NCBI GenBank assembly: GCA_002104905.1
Contig: MCFE01000587.1
Location: 1 to 55,546 of the forward strand
DNA: 55,546 nt
Source: Basidiobolus meristosporus CBS 931.73
Taxonomy: Eukaryota > Fungi > Basidiobolomycota
Direction of reading: 5' to 3'
The notes under the pieces were generated by a model, which searched no databases, had not been told where the DNA came from, and was given only the letters and a program-made list of their open reading frames with translations. Positions 29,462 through 39,753 of this stretch are shown piece after piece. Position 1 is the first letter of the stretch, and each line of letters begins with the position of its first letter. A program made the position numbers and the translations under genes.

Positions 29462-29688
29462 TCAGTGGTTGTGTTGGCTTTTTCTCTGTAAAAATCACTA
29501 TCCATTAATATGATGTATCTAGAGAACGATGGTATATTGATTTATAACTCCACGATAAACTCCGAGATATTGTTTGGTTATTCTATCACTAGTGGTATTG
29601 ATATGGATATAGCTATGGATGTGGGATATACGGATTCTCATTCCTGGATACACAGGAAATGTGTAGATGATTTGCTATGGAGTTCTGG

Positions 29689-32480
29689 CTAACTGCTAGT
29701 ATCTTCATGTGCATACGAATCTAAAGCCATCTCTTCCAAACGCTGATGCAGATACTCGATTTCGGCCTTAAGATAGGCAAAGTCTTCTTGCAACACAAAC
29801 TTCGAAACATCCACCGCTGGTGGCCCTGTTGATAGTCGAGGCTTCCGAAGTGTGGTCGGGGATTTCTTGGGAGCGATGGCCTTCTCGGCTTTCAGCGCTC
29901 GCACCTACATATCATATTTGCTTGCGATTAGTTCATGCTCTTTCACATTCACATTCACATCCTTCTCCTTCTCCTTCTCCTTCTCCTTATCCTCTTCCAG
30001 CTTGACTCCTACTCCTGCTTCTACAACTACTACCGCTACCGCTACTGCACTACTAGTGCTACTACTAGTGCTACTACTAGTGCTACAACTGCGAAGAAGA
30101 TTGCATCACTTACCTCAGTATGCAAGTAGCTCAACGAATCCGCATGCTCCTTCTGGATCATGATCTCTTCATCCATCTGGATCTGTAGTGTCTTGACTTC
30201 ACGAGTCAGCCGGTGGATACACTTCTGTTGCTCCTTTGACCTCTTCTGCAGGATCTTCACCATGATGCGTGGATTCGCCTCTCGTAAACGATACCCGCGC
30301 CTATCGACCGTGTGGCCATCCCCGACAGAAACAGCAACGATGGAAATGGGAACACCATCAATAGATCAGGCACAAACAGCAAATACACACACGCACACGC
30401 ACACGCACACACGCACACAGTTGAAGTGAACAACACAACACCAAACGGAAAACCGACAAAGAAAAAGGAGAGATATGGTTAGAAGTCAGGGTCAAAGCAC
30501 TGCCTAGTTCCACCTTATCCTCGCCCGCTTACCATAATGACTGGATCCGTGTGGCTGCACTCCTCATCCTCTGATACTCTCCGACTCGCTTGCGAACCAT
30601 TCGGCCCCGCCACACTCTCTGAATCGTCGCTGCCGCCAAGTCCTGCTCGGTGTCTATATCCATTCACACCCATTGATCATTGATCATTGACCATTGTCAA
30701 GGTAGTGGTAATGGTAATGGTAATGGTAATGGCAATGGCAACGGCAATGGTGATAGTGGTGGTGGTGGTGGTGGTGAAGGAGTAAAACAATGTCGCACAG
30801 TAAGTATCGCTATCGGAATGAACTCTGCTAGAAAACCAACCAGTCAGCCACTCTTGGCGTTTGTCCATGAGTCCACACACAAACACTTCCGATACGGGTG
30901 GCTGGTCCGCATCGGCCATGCTTGCACGCACCCATCTGACATCCACCAGAGCCTGAGCCCTCACTCACCTCCGCTTTCTTGTCCTGCAAGCCCTCCAACT
31001 CGTGAGCACTCCTTCTGCAACTGACTCAGCGTCACTGGTCGCTGCATGAGTCGACGTCCTCGCAGCTTGACGAACTTGTAGTCCCGATACTCCTTCCTAA
31101 CCTACAAACAGTCCACCCAGTCCCAGCAAGAGTGGCACCCGGGCGATTCAGTCAGTCTACATGTCATTCTGACACACAAGTGCTGGTGTGCACTTCCTCT
31201 TCCTCTTCCTCTCCTCCCCTCCCCTCCATCTCCCCCACACCCACTACACTTGTGAGGTAAACATGATGACCTGACGTACCAGATGTCCTCGTGCAAGAGC
31301 CTGTATCTTGATGCTTGCTGTGACTAGCTCCTCAGTGTCGCGCTTGAGGAGACCCTTGAAGTACTGTCGCATATCTTTGACCTAATCATCATCGGGAACA
31401 AAGCAAGATGAGATTCACGTTGGCGAGAAGGAGGTGATACTTTTCATGGCTGGGAAGCAGGCCGACAACAGAAATCGATAGAGATTGTGAACCCACCTGT
31501 CGCTGCAACTTTTGGACCCGATTGTCAAGTTGATAAACGAAATCCTGATCTACTCGACAATATGAGACTTCGGGTATCTTTCATCACGCCAAAAACATCT
31601 ACAATTCTACCTTCATTCGTATCTTGATCACAAGTAATCTGGCTTTGATCTAGCTCCTCATTGATATCTGTGACTTTCTGAGCTTTGAAGAGGCTAGAGT
31701 TAGTTTTGATGGCATAAAATTTCTGAATATGTTTGAGCATACATGTAGAGATAGTTGCGATGTCTTTGTCTTTGACATTGTCTATATCGTTATCGTTATC
31801 GTTATCGTTGTTTTTGGTGTCAAGGTCAGGCACAGGCGACATCGAAACTACTTTTTCGCCAATGCTATCCTCTTCGGGCTTAGTAGAATCCTGAATATGC
31901 TCTGTCTCTCGTGACAAGGAATTCACAACGCCACTTTCGGGTTGCGTAATCGTAGCAAGTTCCTCAGGGCTATCGCTGGTAAGTCCACTTTTAGGCTTGT
32001 CTGGAACGCATTCAACTGCTGCTTGTGAAACGATACTCGATTCCTTGGTGGCAGACAGGACTTGGGAAACATTACTCTCTGAAAGTCTATCAGTTTCTTT
32101 TTTGACACTTGGAACATGATTTTCAAGTTTGTCTTGGTTTTGTGAAACAACAACCGTCTGTTGAACGCGATCGGTATTTACATTGCTGAATTTCGATTCC
32201 ACAGGATTGCTAGAACTATAGGTATTTGCTTTTTGAAGAGGAAGGACCGGGACCCCGTTGTCCTTTCCACTAACTGGCTACGAGAGAATTAAGATTACTA
32301 GGGAGTACTTACTACGGGTGATACCTAACGGGTACATACTGTAGTGAAGGAATAGGATCTGATGTCTTGAACGCGGTTACTCTCGAAACTGCGAGTCTTT
32401 TTCGAACTAAGTAGACCAAAGCGCTTTGCCTCGCTTTGGTCCTCCTTGGTGGTGGTCTTTTTCTTCCAACTTTTGAACAT
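29689..32480 (-). CDS. IQ-motif / coiled-coil protein, paralog B, multi-exon
   Basis: ATG at 32478-32480 opens MFKSWKKKTTTKEDQSEAKRFGLLSSK, followed by a long acidic exon, a 53-nt exon DQDFVYQLDNRVQKLQRQ (31497-31549), and the shared IQ/coiled-coil exons. It ends ...QRLEEMALDSYAHEDTSS*. Confidence 0.75.
29729..31496 (-). repeat. Right arm of the ~1.76 kb inverted repeat
   Basis: Reverse-complement match to 24624-26379. Confidence 0.95.
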
Positions 32481-33206
32481 CGAAGATGCCTGACAAATCC
32501 ACGGTATCAGGCAATAATAGAGAATCAGTCAAATTTCGGGAAAACCAGTCAACTTGTGTACAGAAGATTTCGTGGATTTCCCAATCCATAATCAAAACAA
32601 AACAGTTTTTTTGCTGCGTGGGATCCAGTTCCAATTTGTTGCTTAAGCCACGCCCATGATATTGCATCATTTGCTGGCACCTGGTTATAGTTTGACAAGG
32701 GGACACGTGACCGGCCGGATTTCATCTTGGGATTTGCACCCAATGCGGTGGGCACATGAGACGAATCACAAAGGCGGGAAAGAATGCTTACACGAATCAT
32801 CGCTCGAATCACGAATTGGGCACAAAGACCGATTGACACACCAGCTCCCAATTTGTATGTCCGCTCATATCTCAGTGTACCCCCACTAACAGCCCAATCA
32901 GTAATCAATTTGGAACTCCGTTGGGCAGCACCAATCACCAGCCATGAGTGCTTCTTTGACTTGGTACAATGATCAGTAGTTAATCATGAATATCAGTCCG
33001 GTTAAAAGGTGCAACATTTAGGATGAGCACTCGCAAATATGGCTAAATTACCGTTTGATTGACATTGGTCAAGAGGTTAATTCTAGGCTGATTCGTTTTT
33101 TTTGGTAAGCTGCGAATGGGTGGTATATCAGTGGGATTTCTTCTTGGTTCCCTTATAAACAAACCGTTCTTCAAGCACCGTTTCCAGGTTTCTTTGAGCT
33201 TTGGGA

Positions 33207-34508
33207 ATGAACTCCAATCACCTCGACACGAATGTATATATATCCCTTGTTCTTCATGATTCTCTAGCCCCGTTACTCACCGTGACTTCCTTTTTTCAAG
33301 TTCTCCATAGTTCAAAATTCCTCCGAGTTTATCCCTAGAGATAATTTCCTCGGAGAGTTGCAGCGACTTCAAGAAAATGTGTTTGCTTTAACGAACACCG
33401 TCAAAATCCTGCAGACGAATGTCAATGTGTTACAGAAGGAGAACACCATTCTGAAGAACGAGGTGAAGTCTCTAAAAGAGGCAATAGACACCTCGACCGA
33501 CGACTACCCTACCAATTCCAGAACTTTGGCTCCGTCGCCAGAAGAGGCGCGCAAGATAAAGGTAACGTGGTTTGCTCCTTGACTGCTACCACCCGGGGGA
33601 ATTTCTGATATCTTCTATTCAGGCCTTAATCCGACATTTGACTTCTCATATGAGGGACGATGTATTAGATCTTAATGACGACAAGCTCCGGTTCGACCTG
33701 GCGAAGCCACTGGCCGACCGGAAAAATACCGAGATTTTCCACGCCATAGTCGACTCTGTATTCCAAAGCTCGAACTGCACGCGCGAGTACGCGGAGCAAC
33801 GCGTAAGGAAACGGTTCGACAATCTTCGCGAAGAGTACAACAAAAACGACTTCAAGAAAACCCGAGACAACATTCGAAAAAGGAGGAACAAAAGAAAGCA
33901 CGATGTAGGATATTTTCGCTTCTCCACTCGAAGCCCCGTTTTCCTAACTGTTTTTTCTAAACCCATGTGTAGCTCCTCAAAAAGCGACAAAAGACTTTCT
34001 CGAAATTCCAGGACGATTTCACGCAGGAATTCAAGCCCCAGGATCCGGTGCCCAATTATGAGCGGTATCTGATGCTGGATATCATGTCAAGTGATGAGAC
34101 CGAGGAAGATTCTCTCGGACAGAAGGTCTTCAAACGACACCGGGTGGACCATCGTAGCATGGAGGTAAGTTCAATCATCGTCGCCACCAGTTCCGACCGG
34201 CTATACCTAACTGGCAAACCTTCGACAGGTTAAGCGGTTCCTATACTACCTCGACAACAAGGCCGGTGCCAATCTGGGTAAGCGTCCACTACCCAGCGGT
34301 GAGGAATACTACTCCTTCGAGAGCTCTCTCAGCCAGCCGTTGCAAACGTCCTATGCAAAACACCTTGCAACAAACGCCCCAATTACTGGAAACCAGTAAT
34401 GCCGAGGAATTTGCGCAGACATTTGAGAACTTCAACTTCACTAACCCAGTGAACCTGACCATGCCGCCCGGTTTGCCACAATGGAGTTATACATCCAGTT
34501 TCATGTAA
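33207..34508 (+). CDS. Hypothetical nuclear protein: N-terminal coiled coil, helical basic domain and MSSDE...RS...LD motif (C14orf93-like or TE-accessory-like), multi-exon
   Basis: Exons join in frame across GT-AG introns: LQRLQENVFALTNTVKILQ...RVRKRFDNLREEY...RKRRNKRKHD|LLKKRQ...DIMSSDETEED...HRSME|VKRFLYYLD. The family resemblance is from memory. Confidence 0.55.
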
Positions 34509-35151
34509 TTCATTCACTATGACTTGTTTAGTTTATTTAAGATTATAGTTTAATGTTGTTGAGATTACTTTATCGATTAGAAATTCACTACGAACTTGAT
34601 GTAAATATCCCAAATACTGTACATAACCCTCCAAACAATTGGTGCAAGTAAAATGGCTCGGTTCAGACGATTCCGTGTGTTCGATATCCTCCGGCTAATC
34701 ACATTGTTTATCCGGATCTAGAGTGAAGACTGATCGTATTCGTAAAACGCACTCTAAGCCACATGAAGATAATCATCTTTCTATGCAAGGTGTTAACCGG
34801 GCTATTTAAGGGATGTTGGATCATCGAATTACTTGGAACCATCAATGATGTCGACTTGGTCATGACTACGGCAATACGGAATCTATAGGTCAACTACAGT
34901 GGTTTTTGAATTTTTCGAGTTTCGTCTCTTTGTAGGAAATCGCCGCTACAAAGGACTAGTGTTTTCTTGTGTAATATACGTACTCTTTCACCTGATCTTC
35001 TCCCCCTCACAAAGCCCACCACCCATTTCTCCAATTTTCCTACCGGTGTCCGACCTTTAATTTTGCCTCTCCCTTACCTACGCACTGTCCTCTCCCGATT
35101 CCAAACCCCTTGATCAACGAGATAGTACTGTGCTTCGAGAGGGAATAAGAC

Positions 35152-36458
35152 ATGGATACAGAACCTGAGAATCAGCCGCGTCCTCAAAGCACAACCGGCC
35201 GTCGCACACACTGGTGTCATCAATGCCAAATCGAAATCACCCCCATGATGGCTCCGCATCCAACATGTCCTCACTGTTTAGGGGAATTTGTTGAAGAGGT
35301 AGGCCTCCAATTGAAACTTGTCCCCCAGTCCCCCAGTCCACCCTCTAATCCCCTATTTCCCGTAGATCGAGGACGAAAACGACCCAAGGGATTTCTTCGC
35401 CCAAGTAGAGACGGATGAGGAGTTTGATTTCGGTGAGGGAGCTCCTAACATGGACGGAAGAAATCCGGAGGTCGTCAACATAGTACAGTCTATGTTACAG
35501 CAACTTATAGGCCCCAACGCCTCCTTTACTGTTGAAGCACAAGGACCAACCTTTGCTAGAGGTCCCACAACTTTTGGTGGAAGCACAGAGGCTGGCACCA
35601 ACAACGATGATCCTAATAGACCTACCGTATTTTCCACGAGCTTCAACATTATGGGTGGGGCGCCTGAAGGTGCTGCGCCAGGCACTAACGAAACAACCGC
35701 CGAAGGCGCCCGCGCTGCTTCAGTTGCGAGCTTCTCCAAGTAATTTCCTCAAAGATGTTTCATTCATGGTGATGATAGATATTAATGCACCCTGTTTCCA
35801 GTTTCATCCAACGTCTACTTGGTGGAAACATGGAGTCAACGCAACAAGGAGGTGGCGGTGCCAATGCCAACCCATTATGGAATATTTTCCAGCTTCCCGG
35901 AAACGCTGGTGATTACGTCTTCGGACAACAGGCTCTAGACAACATTATCTCCCAACTAATGGAGCAAGCAGGGTTTGTTTGGTTTGATTCCCCCCAATGT
36001 GTACGACCTGCCACCTAAACCCCCCATTCTTGCCAACCTAGGAGAAACGCCCCGCCACCAGCCCCTGAAGATGTGATCAACAATCTGCCTCGGGAGAAGA
36101 TCACCAAGGCACAAGTGGAGGACGGCATTGATTGTGCAGTATGCAAAGAGGATTTTAACGAGGGAGAAGAAACCACCGGCTTGCCATGCCACCATCTATT
36201 CCATGACGGTTGTATTCGGCCCTGGCTTGAACTGAACGGGACGTGTCCCGTCTGGTAAGTAGCTACCGCACTTGTCGGGTTTGCACCCACGGAACCTGAC
36301 TGAACTTCCATTCTTCTAGCCGGCACTCGCTTATCTCCAAAGAAGGTGCGCCCGACTCCGAAGGCCACGACTCCACAGGTAACCGTGAGCATGAGCGCGA
36401 GCGCGAGCGTGAGTCTCAACCTCCAGGGGCATTTCCGGAGCCTGACCCATTGGATTAA
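35152..36458 (+). CDS. RING-H2 E3 ubiquitin ligase (RNF115/RNF126-like)
   Basis: N-terminal zinc ribbon WCHQC...CPHCLGEFVEE, middle GDYVFGQQALDNIISQLMEQ, and C-terminal RING-H2 CAVCKEDF...[25 protein letters not shown]. Confidence 0.88.
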
Positions 36459-36763
36459 AGCAGATCAATTCCGAGTCAGCCCACTCGCACAATTGCCACC
36501 TCTTGAATCGATCGGAATATAGAGTTTGTACTCAACCAACCTCCATCAGTTTTATTAAAATATTCGATTTCCAATGGTTTTATTGAGTACATACAGAGAG
36601 TCGTCTATGGTTGCTTGGGCAAAACAGTCGGTAGAATTTACAAAATTCCGGGCTTTTGTGAACTGATCTGAGAGTAGAGTAATTTCAATGATGATGTGAG
36701 TGAGGGTGAGGGTGAGGGTGAGGATGAGAGTGGGAGTGTAGGTTGCTGATCAGAAACAGTGTA

Positions 36764-37838
36764 TTATTCAGAGTTGGAGTCGTGGGCTAATTGGTCTTCA
36801 TGATCGCTTTCCGCGTCGCTAGAGCTCACCTCCTTGGCAAGGGCACTGATGGCTTTTGGTTGATGGCGTGGTGTATCTTCGCTCTTGATCTTCTTACTCT
36901 CTCGAGCACCATTCTCGGGGGTTTCGTGAGATCCGTTAGCCCCACTATAAGAAGACATTTCTTTCTCATAGCGCTCTTTGTCTTTCTCGTACATGTCGTA
37001 GTATTTCTACAGTTGTCGCGGGCCGTTAGGGAATGCTCGCTGATCACAATTTGAAGTGAGCGCTTACCTTTTTCTCGGTAGGGTCTAGAGTTTTCCAACT
37101 AGCGGACAGCATCTTGGTTAGATCGCCGAGACTTGCGTCCTGATGCTCTTCCTTGAGCTGTGATCTTTGCAATTGACAGTACATGAAAAATGCATTGGCT
37201 GGTCGTTTAGGTGCGTTGGGATCTTTTTCTGGGCGTTTTGGTGTGACGGTTTCTTTCTCTGGACGTTTGGACTTATCTGCAACTGCCGCGACTTCTGTGT
37301 CGGACTGTCGATAAGAACAGGTACGGTTAGCGCACGAGTTGGTGACCTTCTCGGGAAGGGGCTCTACTTACTTCTGAATGGGAGTCGTCAGCTGTGCCTC
37401 TCTGCGTCTCCTCTAGAATGCCAAACAGGAAACTGGTTCGGTTGGTTAATGACAACGAGTTCAATCAAGTGAAGGGGATGAGATAAAGCAATCATAAGCA
37501 AGGGAAACTGGCCACCTTCTTTCTACTTTCAACCGTTGAACTCTCTTCTTGGCTCGGTTGATTTTAATGGCATATCTTTCATTGGCCTAGGATATTTCGA
37601 GCAGGAGAGGAACCGTTAGGTTTCGATTCAAACAATAGCCTCAGCAAAGTGGGTGGTATGTGCTGAGGGGTGGAGGAATGCGGCGCTTACTGTTTCGATT
37701 TCAACCACTTTTCTCTTCAATTCTTTGTACTTCTTTTTGTACTTCAACTCTATATAAGCGGAAGAAATGGTCAGCTCTATTCTCCTCAGGCAGGGCGTAA
37801 AGTCAGCAGAGAGCAGTTGGACATTTACCATCTGACAT
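36764..37838 (-). CDS. NHP10: HMG-box protein with N-terminal INO80E-type coiled coil (NHP10-like INO80 subunit)
   Basis: Spliced MSDELKYKKKYKELKRKVVEIET... and HMG box DPNAPKRPANAFFMYCQ...LTKMLSASWKTLDPTEKK|...YEKDKERYEKEM. Confidence 0.75.
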
Positions 37839-38404
37839 AGCTAAGGTGGAAATCTGGTGAATCTATAGAAACAAGTAACAAGGGATTCCAACTGATAGTC
37901 TAGCACAACCTTCTATCTAGGAGTGCGTGCTTCCAACAAGATAGGTAAGGTTGGTTAAACAAAATACCGGTATCTACCACAAGTCGCATGGTTTTCCGGA
38001 CTGTAGTCAGATTTTTCCCTCAGTTGGGACCTTTTTTTTTCTTGACTTTGGTCATATCCTCCAGAACCGCACACCATTCACGAATTGAAGTGATTTGTGT
38101 TTAGTTGGTTAGAATCAAGTTAAAATCCAACATGAAAGCCTAGATCAAGAAATAACTTGAGTATGATCCAGTTATGATGCTACCGCGGCCGTGCAAGCCC
38201 AAGCGAGGTAGCCATGCCAAAGTGAGGTGAGGCGAGGCGATACGTATCCACCGGCTCCCGCGCCCACTCGCTCATCCCCTTCATTTCATGATCAAATCCA
38301 CCTTTTTTTTATTCATACATCGATCTCGAGATTTTTCTTGATTATTCGTATGATAGATGTAGTTGAACTTCTTGACTTATTTTTCGCGTTTGATAACCCT
38401 CACC

Positions 38405-39022
38405 ATGAGCACAAATCCACCAAGTCAGACGATCTACCTGCGTAATCTGAACGAGAAGGTCCGCAAAGATGGTAGGAGACAAAGAGCCGCCCCCATTCCG
38501 CCACCGTTCCCTTTACTGACTCGATTTCCTCTCTTCCCCGCCACAGAATTGAAGATGTCTCTTTACGCACTGTTCTCAGCCTACGGCCGTATCCAGGACG
38601 TAGTGGCATTAAAAACGATGAAAATGAGAGGTCAGGCTTTCGTTTGTTTTGAGGAGATCACTTCGGCAACTGCGGCCATCCGCGGTCTCCAAGGGTTCCA
38701 TTTCTACGACAAACCCATGGTAAGTGGAAGTTCAGCGAACACCGCCCCCCCCCCTCCGAACTATCTGAGCTGGAAACTGACCCACGCATGGATTTCTTCG
38801 ATACCTTAGGAAATCCAATATAGCAAAACCAAGTCGAATGTGATCAAACGAATGAACGGCGTCTACGACGATTCCCTCAGGAAGCGCGATCGCGAAGACG
38901 ATGACGAAGGTAAGGAGAAAACCACCTTTTCTTTGGCGTACCCGGTTAACTAACCATGCCTGCTTGGGATTTATTCGGTGACTTTAGATTCCAACCCCAT
39001 GAAGTTTAGAGAGACTCTATAA
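38405..39022 (+). CDS. U2B''/U1A-family snRNP protein, single RRM
   Basis: [10 protein letters not shown] (RNP2), [17 protein letters not shown] (RNP1 with a U2B''-type loop), FYDKPM|EIQYSKTKS, then a stop after a short charged tail. Confidence 0.88.
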
Positions 39023-39128
39023 TGTGTATCATGTCTTAAATACGACTTTAACCTTACCATATCCCACCTTTATATTTCCAATCTCTAAAGAATCTCATCA
39101 AAAATGAATATACTTCAATCTAGACATC

Positions 39129-39180
39129 TATGTATGTATGTATGTATGTATGTATGTATGCGTGCGTGCGTACGTGCGTG
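39129..39180. repeat. Compound microsatellite (TATG)n-(CGTG)n
   Basis: Seen directly. Confidence 0.9.
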
Positions 39181-39753
39181 CATGCTCTTACGATTTAAGT
39201 TAAATTTTCGTTATCATGGAGCGCATGTCGAGATAGACGTCCAAGAGCGGGAGAATACACTGATGGCACTCAAAATCGCCCTCATGAAGACCAACGATTC
39301 ATCTAGAGTTTCATATTAGAACAAACTGATCTCGAGTCGCCACAAATCCTCGGCACGAGATCCGCACTGGTCGCAGCAAGAGGTGTACAGCATTCATGTA
39401 GAACAGGTATCGGCTGATTGGAAGGATTGCCATCTGAACAGAAGATTTTTATCATTGTAATGTAAAGTTGGTTTGTTGAGGTAGAAAAGGGAAGGGAATT
39501 GGGGGTTTTCAAGACAAAAGAGATGGGAAACCCTTATCGATGTGGGATGTTCCCAGAATTATCTATACATTAGTATTAAAGGATGTTTAAATGGTAAGGG
39601 GTTGGATGTTTGTCCTTCCGTCCGATTAAAAAATATGAAGGGATGGGTGGAGGGGCCGCCATATGCAAAATAATTATCTCTCGAGGTACTACGAAACTAC
39701 ATGTATGGAGGGGGGAAAGGGGCAAGTGCAGCAACAGAACGGTGGGAGCAACT

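Noticed and set aside
24624-31496. The inverted repeat read as the terminal repeats of a large DNA transposon carrying SHO1 and the acyltransferase
   Set aside because: The arms are the 3' halves of two host genes, their boundaries fall at a splice donor and within a last exon, and no transposase or target-site duplication is seen.
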